A DNA stretch of 24,509 nucleotides, from the IMG/VR virus record IMGVR_UViG_3300033981_001160, positions 1 through 24,509 of that record; one strand, 5' to 3'. The notes beneath the pieces are model-generated. The model did no database searches, was not told where the DNA came from, and was given only the letters and a program-made list of their open reading frames with translations. Position 1 is the first letter of the stretch. Each line of letters begins with the position of its first letter. The position numbers were made by a program, and so were the translations under genes. Below are positions 1 to 8,693 of this stretch, piece after piece. The DNA comes from a virus (taxonomy: Duplodnaviria > Caudoviricetes).

Positions 1-2
1 AA

Positions 3-245
3 GTGGAAGAACACATGAAACTGGAAGAAGGTTTGAGCTATGCCAACCCGCATTGGATCTTCGCCGGCGAACGAAACCACGGCGAAGGTTTCGTGTACCG
101 GAGTGTCCTCGTCGCGGACGACGACCCTGAATACCTGGCCGTGAAACAAAGGTTTGACGGGTTCACTGTGACACACAGAGAAGTCATCGAGGATGAGCAG
201 ATGATGTTCGGTCACGGTGAACTGACCATTTTTGGGAAGGTTTGA
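3..245 (+). CDS. hypothetical phage protein (start uncertain, at window edge)
   Basis: 80-aa ORF whose TGA (243-245) lies 1 nt before the exonuclease ATG at 247; no recognisable motif. Confidence 0.6.
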   Translation: MEEHMKLEEGLSYANPHWIFAGERNHGEGFVYRSVLVADDDPEYLAVKQRFDGFTVTHREVIEDEQMMFGHGELTIFGKV

Positions 246-246
246 G

Positions 247-1020
247 ATGCACAGGTCGGTGTCCCAACTGAAGCTGTATGAGCGTTGCCCTTACGCCTAC
301 AAGCTTTCCCGCATCGACAAGGTTTGGTCTAGGCCGGCTGCTTGGTTAGCCCAAGGCTCGGCGGTTCACGAGGCTGCTGAAGCCTACGAGCGATCCGGTC
401 GAACCATGACCCTTGAAACGATGCAGGATGTGTTTAGGGAGTCCTACAGCCGGCACATCGAGGAAGCCTGTCAGGTCACACCGAACTTCGAGTTTTGGTT
501 CAAGTCCGGCCCTTACGGTGGTGAACTTGACATTGAGAGGCGTTACTCGATTGGTTTGGATCAGTGCGAAAAGTACATTCGCTGGTATGCAGGTCATCCG
601 CAGGAAGTTATCTGGATCGCCCCAGATGGAAGCCCAGGTATCGAACTAGGTTTCGATATTGATTTGGATGGTGTTCTGGTTCGGGGGTTCATTGATGCGG
701 TGATCGACACTCCGGAAGGTTTGGTTGTTAGGGACAACAAGACCGGTAACAGTCCTGGTGACGATTTCCAGTTAGGGGTGTACGGGGTGGCGTTGGCTGA
801 AAGCTTTGGTATCGCCCCGCCCACGGTGGGCGATTTTTGGATGGGGAAGTCGGGGAAACCGACTGTTCCTTACCGGATCGGGGAGTGGACGCGGGAACGG
901 GTCAGAGAAGCGTTCCTGAGGCTTGAGGAAAACATTCAAGCCGAAAGGTTTGACCCCGACCCAGACCCGAAGAAGTGCGCTTTCTGTGATGTGAACTGGG
1001 CTTGCAGATACGCAACTTGA
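247..1020 (+). CDS. Cas4/RecB-like PD-(D/E)xK exonuclease
   Basis: N-terminal SVSQLKLYERCP, GSAVH, catalytic RGFIDAV...DNKTG and C-terminal CAFC-x5-C (four-Cys Fe-S staple pattern). ATG 247 preferred over TTG 232. Confidence 0.9.
   Translation: MHRSVSQLKLYERCPYAYKLSRIDKVWSRPAAWLAQGSAVHEAAEAYERSGRTMTLETMQDVFRESYSRHIEEACQVTPNFEFWFKSGPYGGELDIERRYSIGLDQCEKYIRWYAGHPQEVIWIAPDGSPGIELGFDIDLDGVLVRGFIDAVIDTPEGLVVRDNKTGNSPGDDFQLGVYGVALAESFGIAPPTVGDFWMGKSGKPTVPYRIGEWTRERVREAFLRLEENIQAERFDPDPDPKKCAFCDVNWACRYAT
525..537 (+). promoter_or_regulatory. stoperator-like repressor site (intragenic, 1 mismatch)
   Basis: ACTTGACATTGAG versus consensus ACTTGACANTRGG. Confidence 0.45.
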
Positions 1021-1027
1021 CATTAGG
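1015..1027 (+). promoter_or_regulatory. stoperator-like repressor site
   Basis: ACTTGACATTAGG overlapping the exonuclease stop and helicase RBS. Confidence 0.75.
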
Positions 1028-1033
1028 AGAACA

Positions 1034-1837
1034 GTGTTCACCCTCAACCAATCACTACACGTCAAAGGGCACTCCGGTGACCCCCTACCCGCAGTGTGGA
1101 AAACACTTGAACAGAAAGGAACGAACTTCCTACGCGGGCAACTAGCGTTGATTTGCGCCGGCCCCGGCGTCGGCAAATCCGCGCTCATCCTCACCTACGC
1201 ACTCAAAGCCAAAATACCCACCCTGTATTTGTCAGCAGACTCCGACGCTTTCACCCAACTATCCAGAACCCTGTCAATCCTCACAGGGAAACCGTTATCC
1301 GAAACAACGAACATGGTTCGCGCAGGCAACATCGGGGACGACGGAAAAAAGTTCGACGGCATACCCATCAGGTTCGTCTATGACGCATCACCTGACCTGG
1401 GGAGGATCAAAGAGGTTCTGAAATCGTATTGGGAACTCCAAGGCGACTACCCGGCTTTGTTGATCGTGGACAACATCACCAATGTTCGTACCGGCGGGCA
1501 GGAGAACGATGAGAACCCGTTCGCCGGCCTGGAATCGTTGATGGATTTTTTGCACGACAAAGCCCGCAAAACAGGATCATGCGTAGTCGGTTTACATCAT
1601 GTGACCGGTAAGTACAACGATGCCGAAGGCCATGTGCCGCTCTCGGGTGTGAAGGGGCAGTTGGCTCGTGTGCCGGAAATGGTGTTGACGCTTCATAAAG
1701 TGAACGAACCGTTGGGGCCGGCTTCCCTGCGGATTTCCACTGTGAAGAACCGTGCGGGTAAGGCTGATCCTTCTGGTTTTGATTATGTGGCGTTGGATTT
1801 TTGGGGTGACACTATGACCATTAAGGACAGATCGTGA
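1034..1837 (+). CDS. DnaB-like helicase (RecA-fold ATPase)
   Basis: Walker A GPGVGKS, Walker B LLIVD, VGLHH and VKNRAG motifs; AGGAG RBS before GTG. Confidence 0.9.
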   Translation: MFTLNQSLHVKGHSGDPLPAVWKTLEQKGTNFLRGQLALICAGPGVGKSALILTYALKAKIPTLYLSADSDAFTQLSRTLSILTGKPLSETTNMVRAGNIGDDGKKFDGIPIRFVYDASPDLGRIKEVLKSYWELQGDYPALLIVDNITNVRTGGQENDENPFAGLESLMDFLHDKARKTGSCVVGLHHVTGKYNDAEGHVPLSGVKGQLARVPEMVLTLHKVNEPLGPASLRISTVKNRAGKADPSGFDYVALDFWGDTMTIKDRS

Positions 1838-1917
1838 ACTTGGATGTTTTGTTGACTGTTGCTTTGTTCATTTGGTTGGCGAATGTGTTGTTGATTGCTT
1901 GGGTGGTGTCCAGGTGA
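1834..1917 (+). CDS. 27-aa predicted single-pass membrane peptide
   Basis: Not in the ORF track. MNLDVLLTVALFIWLANVLLIAWVVSR; GTGA overlaps at both ends; AAGGA RBS upstream. Confidence 0.65.
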   Translation: MNLDVLLTVALFIWLANVLLIAWVVSR

Positions 1918-2390
1918 CGACGGCTAGGCGCAGGCCAAGTAATCGTTCCCAGGATCGACGGCACAAACGGAAGAACTGCATTGATTGTGTCGATGAAGGG
2001 ATCACCACTGGTAGGAAAGCGCCGCACCCCGGCCCACGGTGCGCCACACACCACAGGGCGAAAAGGGCCAGTAGGCGTTCCCAAACCCAGGAGCAGCGTT
2101 GGATTCAGGTGTACGGCATCACCGGGGACGAGTATTGGGCGATACACCGCTATCAGCTAGGAAGGTGTTTCATCTGCCAGCGGGCCACAGGGGCACGCAA
2201 ACGGTTATCGGTGGATCACTGCCACAAAACCGGTTTGGTTCGGGGGTTGTTGTGCCACCCGTGTAACTCACGGGTTTTGGGTCACGCCAGGGATGAGATT
2301 GCGTTCTTTGAGCGGTGTATCGACTATTTGACTGAGCCGCCGGCGGTTCGTGTTATCGGTGAGCGGGTCACACCCGACATGCAAACTTGA
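1914..2390 (+). CDS. endonuclease VII (Holliday junction resolvase-like)
   Basis: CFICQ...LSVDHCHKTGLVRGLLCHPCN EndoVII signature; GTG 1914 overlaps the upstream stop. Confidence 0.92.
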   Translation: MTTARRRPSNRSQDRRHKRKNCIDCVDEGITTGRKAPHPGPRCATHHRAKRASRRSQTQEQRWIQVYGITGDEYWAIHRYQLGRCFICQRATGARKRLSVDHCHKTGLVRGLLCHPCNSRVLGHARDEIAFFERCIDYLTEPPAVRVIGERVTPDMQT

Positions 2391-2397
2391 CAATGGG
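2385..2397 (+). promoter_or_regulatory. stoperator-like repressor site
   Basis: ACTTGACAATGGG at the EndoVII/primase junction. Confidence 0.7.
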
Positions 2398-2818
2398 TAA
2401 ACACCGGGGCAGGTTCAAATGGCAAAAACACACAAAACACAAAGGAAACCTCAAAACCTATTGGACAAACCCTAACAGGCGACACAACAAACACAGGAAA
2501 ACACCATTGATAACCCAAGCGATCCAATACCTCACACCAGGGTGGGAACCACCCCCGGACAACGGAAAGAAATGGGTACACACCCTGTGCCCATTCCACC
2601 CCGACACCATCAAATCCGCCGCAATCTCCTACCAACTAGAAGCGTTCAACTGTTTGGGCTGCGGGGTCAAAGGCAACCCGGTGACGCTGATCGCCACACA
2701 GAAAGGAATCAACTATTCATCAGCTAAACGAATCGCAGAGACACTATCTGAATCAAGCGGCCAAACACTACCACCAAAGCCTACCCGCAAGCCCAGCATC
2801 AGAGTATTTGACGACTAG
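2393..2818 (+). CDS. DNA primase, N-terminal CHC2 zinc-binding part
   Basis: LCPFHPD...FNCLGCG zinc finger; ATG 2393 or TTG 2387. Confidence 0.85.
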   Translation: MGKHRGRFKWQKHTKHKGNLKTYWTNPNRRHNKHRKTPLITQAIQYLTPGWEPPPDNGKKWVHTLCPFHPDTIKSAAISYQLEAFNCLGCGVKGNPVTLIATQKGINYSSAKRIAETLSESSGQTLPPKPTRKPSIRVFDD

Positions 2819-3350
2819 AGGTTTACAAAACCCGTCAATCGGTGACAGATACAAACTTGGATTCGTGGCAGATCCGATGCCGGGGCATGAAATGTTTCGC
2901 GGATACCTAGCCATACCTTATCTCAGGCCGGCAGGTGTTATAGCGATCCGTTTCCGGTGCCTGCAAAACCACGAACACCAAGGGCACGGCAAATACATGT
3001 CAGTGGCAGGTGACAAACCGCATCTATACAACACAGCAGCACTCATGCAACAAACACCTGCGGTGGCGATCACCGAAGGTGAAATAGATGCGGTAACCGC
3101 AGACTTGTGCGGAATCCCCGCAGTGGGGGTGGCCGGGGCGCATTTATGGCAACCCCACTTTCGTGACCTGTTCCTCGGGTACCGGGACGTGTACGTGCTG
3201 GCCGATGGTGACCAGGCGGGGCAGAAGTTCGGAACGTCGATAGCTGAACAGTTGCCGAACGCGAAAGTGATCCCTATGCCGCCGGGGGAGGACGTGAACT
3301 CGTTGGTGGTCAAACACGGCAGGAACGCTTTAATCGAAAGGATCAAATGA
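2715..3350 (+). CDS. DNA primase, TOPRIM part (start uncertain: ATT 2715, frameshift, or TTG 2808)
   Basis: AITEGEIDA and LADGDQAG TOPRIM motifs, PGEDVN. The frame is open from 2691 and encodes ...ESQRHYLNQAAKHYHQSLPASPASEYLTTRGL before the first canonical start. Confidence 0.85.
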   Translation: MHQLNESQRHYLNQAAKHYHQSLPASPASEYLTTRGLQNPSIGDRYKLGFVADPMPGHEMFRGYLAIPYLRPAGVIAIRFRCLQNHEHQGHGKYMSVAGDKPHLYNTAALMQQTPAVAITEGEIDAVTADLCGIPAVGVAGAHLWQPHFRDLFLGYRDVYVLADGDQAGQKFGTSIAEQLPNAKVIPMPPGEDVNSLVVKHGRNALIERIK

Positions 3351-3592
3351 GTCAGGTGATTGTTTACACCCAACCTGGGTGCCGGCCATGCACCAGGGTT
3401 GTGCAGAAGATGTGGGATGCCGGCATGGACCCGGAGATTGTGGATATCAGCCGGGATTTGGTGTCGAAGGATTATTTGGAAAGGTGGCTTGGGGCGAAGT
3501 CAACCCCTGTTATTGAAGCTGACGGGTTCGACCCTGTTATTGGTTATCAGCCTGACAAGTTGAAGGAGATTATCGGTGCGTTTGGAAGTTAA
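3347..3592 (+). CDS. nrdH: NrdH-like glutaredoxin
   Basis: VYTQPGCRPC redox motif, STPVI, GYQPDKL. Confidence 0.85.
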   Translation: MSQVIVYTQPGCRPCTRVVQKMWDAGMDPEIVDISRDLVSKDYLERWLGAKSTPVIEADGFDPVIGYQPDKLKEIIGAFGS

Positions 3593-3677
3593 CTTTTCGG
3601 TGGGGATGGAGTTCCCTCGTTGGGTGGAGCGTATTCATGATTATGTGTGGTCTGAGGAGGAGGACGCTGATGAGTGA
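3576..3677 (+). CDS. 33-aa hypothetical protein
   Basis: Not in the ORF track. GAAGGAG RBS, GTG start, MRLEVNFSVGMEFPRWVERIHDYVWSEEEDADE; fills the gap between nrdH and the next gene. Confidence 0.6.
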   Translation: MRLEVNFSVGMEFPRWVERIHDYVWSEEEDADE

Positions 3678-3867
3678 CCCTGTATCACCCGATCACTACC
3701 AATTCAACCGAATCCAAGTCATCGACCTCACCGAACAACTCAACTTCTGCCGGGGCAACATAGTGAAATACGTTGCCAGGGCTGGAAGAAAAACAGACGA
3801 ACTAGAAGACCTTTACAAAGCCCGGTGGTACTTGGACCGCGAAATAGACAGGCTGGAAAATGAGTAA
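3670..3867 (+). CDS. DUF3310-like small phage protein
   Basis: DPVSPDHY...FCRGNIVKYVARAGRK...EDLYKARWYL pattern; GGAGG RBS before ATG 3670. Confidence 0.85.
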   Translation: MSDPVSPDHYQFNRIQVIDLTEQLNFCRGNIVKYVARAGRKTDELEDLYKARWYLDREIDRLENE

Positions 3868-4627
3868 ACGAATCTTCGTTATCTCCGACACCCAAATCCC
3901 ATACCATGATCGTAAAGCACTCAAAGCGGTAATCAAAGCCATAGGTGACCTGCAACCCGACGAGGTAATCCACATCGGTGATCTGATGGATTACCCTCAG
4001 CCGTCCAGGTGGAACAAAGGAACCGCCGGCGAGTTCGAGGGATCTGTGTTCGCTGACTCCGAACAAGCCAAACAAGTGTTCCTCGAACCGCTACGCAAAG
4101 TATATGCAGGCCCAGTCGGTGTCCACGAAGGCAACCACGACGAACGGCCACGCACATACCTAGCCAAGTATGCGCCGGCGCTGGCTGAGTCCGGGGCGTT
4201 CAACCTTGACACGCTACTTGACTTTAGGCAGTTCGAGGTTACACTGTTACCTGAGTTCAACAAGATCGCACCTGGGTGGATCACCACTCACGGGCATCGG
4301 GGCCAGATCAGCTTGTCCAGGGTTGCCGGCAACACCGCGTTGAACGCGGCGGTGAAGTTCTCAACAAGTGTCGTGATGGGTCACACGCACAGGATGGGTG
4401 TGTGCTCGAAGACGAACGGTTTCGCCGGGAACATCACCCGGCAGATCACAGGTGTTGAGGTTGGTCATTTGATGAACCAGAAACTCGCCCAGTATTTGAA
4501 GGGTGGGACGGGTGACTGGCAGATGGGGTTCGCCCTGCTCACCGTTGATGGTGGGCATGTTAAACCGGAGTTGGTTCCGATCACGAAAGGAAGGTTCACA
4601 GTTGATGGTCACACATGGGAGGTCTGA
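3860..4627 (+). CDS. calcineurin-like metallophosphoesterase (Bxb1 gp47-like, candidate recombination directionality factor)
   Basis: ISDTQ, GDLMD, GNHD, HGH and GHTH metal-binding motifs. Confidence 0.9.
   Translation: MSKRIFVISDTQIPYHDRKALKAVIKAIGDLQPDEVIHIGDLMDYPQPSRWNKGTAGEFEGSVFADSEQAKQVFLEPLRKVYAGPVGVHEGNHDERPRTYLAKYAPALAESGAFNLDTLLDFRQFEVTLLPEFNKIAPGWITTHGHRGQISLSRVAGNTALNAAVKFSTSVVMGHTHRMGVCSKTNGFAGNITRQITGVEVGHLMNQKLAQYLKGGTGDWQMGFALLTVDGGHVKPELVPITKGRFTVDGHTWEV
4216..4228 (+). promoter_or_regulatory. stoperator-like site (intragenic, 1 mismatch)
   Basis: ACTTGACTTTAGG. Confidence 0.45.
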
Positions 4628-4639
4628 CTTGACAGTAGG
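4627..4639 (+). promoter_or_regulatory. stoperator-like repressor site
   Basis: ACTTGACAGTAGG at a gene junction, identical to the copy at 8385. Confidence 0.75.
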
Positions 4640-5267
4640 TAACCGGATTGAGGAGTTGGCTGATCTGATCGGTAAGGCCGCTAAAACTGTGGCTTATCAG
4701 TGGCCCACGGTGGTTGATGAAGACGACATTCAGCAGGACATCACTTTGCATCTGATGGAACGTCCAGGCTCATTGGACAAGCTGCTAGATGAGTTCAGCC
4801 CGAAGGATCGGCTGAACGCGATCATCGCTATCGGGCATCAGATCGCTTCCAAAGAGCGGCTGGACTACGAGGTTTTCTCGGGCAATTTCCGGTACTCGGT
4901 CAACGAAGTGAAACGGATGCTGGAAAAGGGAGGATTGCGCGGCAACTCCACTAAATCGTCTGCGTTCCAAGACCTTCACCAATCCCTCGATGGAATCAGC
5001 CAAGAGTATCGGGAATGCTTATGGTCTAAGTATGTGCAAAACATCACTCCCACATCTGGATACGACAAAACCCAGGTGAGTCGCGCTCTGGAAGCCCTCA
5101 CAACGGAAATGAACCGGTCCTTCAAAAACCAGCCGAACGCCGGCCCTGGGAGCCGCGCAAAGATCAGTGCAGCCAAAGCCCGACAGATATCGAAAACCGA
5201 TTGGGACGACGACAGCAGCGAAGCCGTGCAACGGCTTCAAAACCAAGCCAGGGCTAGTGGACGGTGA
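4629..5267 (+). CDS. sigma-factor-like DNA-binding protein
   Basis: KAAKTVAYQWP...DDIQQD (sigma region 2-like) and a helical C-terminus; GGAGGT RBS favours TTG 4629; syntenic position upstream of RNR. Confidence 0.65.
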   Translation: MTVGNRIEELADLIGKAAKTVAYQWPTVVDEDDIQQDITLHLMERPGSLDKLLDEFSPKDRLNAIIAIGHQIASKERLDYEVFSGNFRYSVNEVKRMLEKGGLRGNSTKSSAFQDLHQSLDGISQEYRECLWSKYVQNITPTSGYDKTQVSRALEALTTEMNRSFKNQPNAGPGSRAKISAAKARQISKTDWDDDSSEAVQRLQNQARASGR

Positions 5268-5383
5268 ACGAATACATCGACCCGCAAACCGGGCTCAACA
5301 ACATCGACCTGATCCTCGAAGACCACAGAAAAGCTAAACAACTGGACATTAGGGAACCGGAGGAGGACAATGAATATCATTGA
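5264..5383 (+). CDS. 39-aa hypothetical protein
   Basis: Not in the ORF track. GTGA overlap with the upstream stop; [39 protein letters not shown]. Confidence 0.55.
   Translation: MNEYIDPQTGLNNIDLILEDHRKAKQLDIREPEEDNEYH
5341..5353 (+). promoter_or_regulatory. stoperator-like site (1 mismatch)
   Basis: ACTGGACATTAGG just upstream of the RBS for the 5370 ORF. Confidence 0.55.
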
Positions 5384-5543
5384 TCCTGTATTCAACGGGA
5401 TGGGCAGATCGGAGCTTTACCGCTCACTGATCTTCCCCGATCTGTTCCCCCATGAGAAACCAATGCTGGTTAACAACTGGCCTCTCGATGACCTCCAAAT
5501 GTACTGCGGAGGCACCTACATGATGATGAAAGAGATTGCATGA
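5370..5543 (+). CDS. 57-aa hypothetical protein preceding RNR
   Basis: Not in the ORF track. GGAGGAGG RBS, ATGA overlap with RNR; [11 protein letters not shown]...[12 protein letters not shown] resembles, from memory, the small cluster A gene at this position. Confidence 0.75.
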   Translation: MNIIDPVFNGMGRSELYRSLIFPDLFPHEKPMLVNNWPLDDLQMYCGGTYMMMKEIA

Positions 5544-7561
5544 CTAACTTTGGACCCACAGGGCAACTCGTTTACGAACGCACCTACAGCCGAACCCTCC
5601 CAGACGGCACAAAAGAAACCTGGCCGCAAACCGTCGAACGGGTAGTAGACGGCAACCTCGCCTTGGTCGATGAGCGTTACCAGCTTGAGGATGAACGCCA
5701 ACAGTTGATCGACATGATGCTCGACTTCAAGATCCTGCCCGCTGGCCGGCACTTGTGGGCGTCCGGTGTGAAGAACGCTGAACACCTGTTCAACTGCTGG
5801 GTTGCCGGGTGGACCGATGAGCCCGCCGATCACTTCGAGTTCACCTTCATGCGGTTAATGGAGGGCGGCGGGGTAGGTGCCAACTACAGCAACAAGTATC
5901 TGTCCCGGTACCCGTTGGTGAAGCAGGCACTCAAGGTTGAAATCGTTTGCGACCCGGAACATGCGGACTACGACGACATGAAAGCTGCCGGGTTGCTGTC
6001 GGAAACCTATGACCCGGACTGGTTCGGGGCGTTCAAGATCGAGGACTCCCGCGAGGGGTGGGCTGCCGCCTTAGTGGATCTGATCGACACCCACTACAAC
6101 CCTGTTGTCGAACATACCAACCGTGTGTACGACGTGTCCCGTGTCCGATCCGCAGGCTCCAAGCTGAAAACCTTTGGTGGTAGGGCTTCCGGGCCTTTGC
6201 CGTTGGCGAAGATGCTGATTGATGTTTCGCAGGTGTTCAACCGCTTGGCGGTTGACCTCGAAATGCTTGACGGTATCTCCGCTATGGAAATCGACCACGC
6301 AATCGCGCAGTGCGTTGTCGCTGGCGGTGTGCGGCGATCCGCACGAATGGCAATGATGCACTGGGCTGACCCGCAGATCGAAAAGTTCATCGACATCAAG
6401 CAGCAATCTTTGTCGCACTGGACAACCAACATCAGTGTTGAGGTTGATGACAAGTTCTGGTATCAGGCCCAGCAAGGTTCCGCATGGTTAGCCGCCCGGG
6501 TACTGAAAGCCCTATCGCGGGGCATGGTGAACAACGGAGAACCGGGGTTCTGGGACTCATCCCTGTCCAACGTCGGTGAACCCAACGAGGTTGTCTGCAC
6601 CAATCCTTGCGGCGAAATCACCTTGGAGCCGTGGGAGCCGTGCAACCTCGGCCATGTGAACCTGGCCGGGTTCGTGGACGAACACGGCAGGGTGGACACC
6701 TTCGGGATGGACAAGGCGCACCAGTTGATGACCCGGTTCCTCATCCGGGCCACCTTCTCCGCTGTGGGTGACCCGAAATCCCGTGAGGTTCTGGACCGCA
6801 ACCGGCGCATCGGTGTCGGGCACTTCGGGGTTGCCTCATTCCTCGCCATGTCGGGGTTGAAGTATTCCAAAGCCCCGGACAGCCGGGAGTTCCAAGCCCT
6901 GCTGAATCAGCTTGCAACAACGGTGGATTACTCGGCTTCGGCGTTCTGCCACGAACTCCGAATCCCTGTGCCGGTCAAGAAGCGCACCATCGCACCGACA
7001 GGCACTATCGCCAAAATGCCTGGTGTGTCTGAGGGAGTCCACCCCATCTTTGCGAAGTATTTCATCCGCAGGGTGCGGTTGTCGAAGGTGGACCCCGATC
7101 AGGTGATGATGCTGAAGCAGTACGAGGCTGACGGGTTCGAGGTTGAGGACTGCCAGTACGCAGCCAACACCGCTGTCATCTCCATCCCCACAAAGGACAC
7201 GCTTGTTCAGGCTGTCACTGACAGGTTCGGAGATGAAGGCGAAAGCATTGTGGAGGCTGCCAGCGATCTGCCGCTTCATGACATGCTGCGCTTCCAGGCG
7301 TTGTATCAGGCGTATTGGGCTGACAACGCTGTCAGCTTCACAGCGAATGTTGATCCGCAGCAATACAGCTCTGACCATGTTGAAGAGCAGATACGGCAGT
7401 TCGCCGGAAGGCTAAAAGGCTGCACCATATTTCCGGAGGCATCCATGCCACAGTCTCCGTATGAAAGGTTAAGCCGTTGGGAATATGAGTCAGCAGTGGC
7501 GAAGCAGGTTTCTGACGGTATTTCGGAAGACTGTGGAACCGGAGGGTGCCCGGTGCGCTGA
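5540..7561 (+). CDS. nrdJ: adenosylcobalamin-dependent (class II) ribonucleotide reductase
   Basis: [23 protein letters not shown] catalytic motif, CNL, APTGT and C-terminal CxxxxC redox tail; no beta subunit nearby. Confidence 0.93.
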   Translation: MTNFGPTGQLVYERTYSRTLPDGTKETWPQTVERVVDGNLALVDERYQLEDERQQLIDMMLDFKILPAGRHLWASGVKNAEHLFNCWVAGWTDEPADHFEFTFMRLMEGGGVGANYSNKYLSRYPLVKQALKVEIVCDPEHADYDDMKAAGLLSETYDPDWFGAFKIEDSREGWAAALVDLIDTHYNPVVEHTNRVYDVSRVRSAGSKLKTFGGRASGPLPLAKMLIDVSQVFNRLAVDLEMLDGISAMEIDHAIAQCVVAGGVRRSARMAMMHWADPQIEKFIDIKQQSLSHWTTNISVEVDDKFWYQAQQGSAWLAARVLKALSRGMVNNGEPGFWDSSLSNVGEPNEVVCTNPCGEITLEPWEPCNLGHVNLAGFVDEHGRVDTFGMDKAHQLMTRFLIRATFSAVGDPKSREVLDRNRRIGVGHFGVASFLAMSGLKYSKAPDSREFQALLNQLATTVDYSASAFCHELRIPVPVKKRTIAPTGTIAKMPGVSEGVHPIFAKYFIRRVRLSKVDPDQVMMLKQYEADGFEVEDCQYAANTAVISIPTKDTLVQAVTDRFGDEGESIVEAASDLPLHDMLRFQALYQAYWADNAVSFTANVDPQQYSSDHVEEQIRQFAGRLKGCTIFPEASMPQSPYERLSRWEYESAVAKQVSDGISEDCGTGGCPVR

Positions 7562-7932
7562 TGCCTTATCCGGTTATCCCTGTTGAGGAACGGCTACGTC
7601 GAAGACTAGTTAAGGACGAGAACGGATGCTGGTTGTTTCAAGGCCAGTCCGGAAGGCGCTACGCCTATCTCAAAATCAACGGCAGCCGCAAGTCGGTACA
7701 GGCTCATAGGGCTGCGTACCAACTGTGGGTAGGCGACATCCCTCCTGGGATGTTCGTCTGCCACACATGTGATGTTCCGAAGTGCTGCAACCCTTCTCAC
7801 CTGTTCTTGGGCACACCCGCTGAGAACTCCGCAGACAGGGATGCGAAGGGTAGGCACTGGGTTCCAAGAGGTAGTGAACACTACCTCTACAAGCACGGCA
7901 AGTACAGCCTGTACCTGCCGAACAACAAATGA
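7561..7932 (+). CDS. free-standing HNH (homing-type) endonuclease
   Basis: GCWLF...AHRAAY...[33 protein letters not shown]; TGATG coupling to the RNR stop. Confidence 0.9.
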   Translation: MPYPVIPVEERLRRRLVKDENGCWLFQGQSGRRYAYLKINGSRKSVQAHRAAYQLWVGDIPPGMFVCHTCDVPKCCNPSHLFLGTPAENSADRDAKGRHWVPRGSEHYLYKHGKYSLYLPNNK

Positions 7933-7947
7933 AAGTAGGAAATTGAA

Positions 7948-8379
7948 TTGACCGTTGATGTGTTCGCAGACGTGTTCGCAGACAACACCGTCGAAGACAA
8001 AAAGGAGGAACGGCCCGTGAGCAGTGCTGAGGGGAAAATCACCATCACGTTGAAGGGTGGTGCAGGGTTCGATTCCCCGTGGATCGTTATTCACGCATCG
8101 GACATCCCGGATGCTTACGAGCAGTTGACCGGGGACAACGCGGCGTTGTTGTCGGAGTTGATGGGCAAGGTGAAGTCCGCAGCCCAGCATTTCTCCGGGG
8201 GGTCCGGTGTGGGTTCGGCACCTGTGAAGTCTGTTCCTCAGCAGGCGCAGGAACCGCCGGCAGACGCACCCGACTGCCCCCCTGGCTGGCAGTTCCGCTC
8301 CGGGGTGTCGAAGGCAGGGAAGCCGTATAAGGGGTTTTTCCCGCCTCGTGGGGACGAGTCACGCCCGATTTTCTTCTGA
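7948..8379 (+). CDS. hypothetical protein (cluster A-like conserved)
   Basis: AGGA RBS, TTG start; TLKGGAGFDSPWIVIHA core, Pro-rich linker, GVSKAGKPY C-terminus. Confidence 0.75.
   Translation: MTVDVFADVFADNTVEDKKEERPVSSAEGKITITLKGGAGFDSPWIVIHASDIPDAYEQLTGDNAALLSELMGKVKSAAQHFSGGSGVGSAPVKSVPQQAQEPPADAPDCPPGWQFRSGVSKAGKPYKGFFPPRGDESRPIFF
7960..7983. repeat. 12-bp in-frame tandem duplication
   Basis: GTGTTCGCAGAC x2 (VFAD VFAD). Confidence 0.9.
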
Positions 8380-8384
8380 CCGGG

Positions 8385-8397
8385 ACTTGACAGTAGG
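8385..8397 (+). promoter_or_regulatory. stoperator-like repressor site
   Basis: Intergenic ACTTGACAGTAGG. Confidence 0.8.
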
Positions 8398-8423
8398 GAG
8401 GGGCACCGTCTGGGTGCCCCTCC
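8397..8423. promoter_or_regulatory. GC-rich intergenic stem-loop
   Basis: GGAGGGGCACC-gtctg-GGTGCCCCTCC; 11-bp perfect stem, no U-tract. Confidence 0.7.
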
Positions 8424-8450
8424 TAACCCCCCGACGAAAGGACACCGTTT

Positions 8451-8693
8451 GTGAACACGCTGCTGGCTGTGATGAAAGAAATCGACGCACTCATCAAAGA
8501 ACGCGACGAACTCCGCAAGCAACTCGATGTGTTGCAGGAGCCCAATAATCAGAAGAAGTTGACTGACCGTGAGGTCAAAGAGATACGCAACCTTGCCCGC
8601 ACATCGGATCTGACGCAGCGCGAGATAGCGGACTGCTACGCAGTTAACCCGGCAACCGTTTCAAGAATAGTAAGGGGTGTTTATCACAAGTGA
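8451..8693 (+). CDS. helix-turn-helix DNA-binding protein
   Basis: KLTDREVKEIR...TQREIADCYAVNPATVSRIVRG; GAAAGGA RBS. Confidence 0.88.
   Translation: MNTLLAVMKEIDALIKERDELRKQLDVLQEPNNQKKLTDREVKEIRNLARTSDLTQREIADCYAVNPATVSRIVRGVYHK

Noticed and set aside
247-1020. CRISPR-Cas system suggested by the Cas4-like gene
   Set aside because: No repeat-spacer array or other cas genes; solo Cas4-like exonucleases are usual in these phages
4503-4628. Upstream extensions given by the ORF track (also 1872, 3637, 7546, 11194, 12346, 18868, 20817)
   Set aside because: They overlap upstream genes; downstream starts have a better RBS or stop/start coupling
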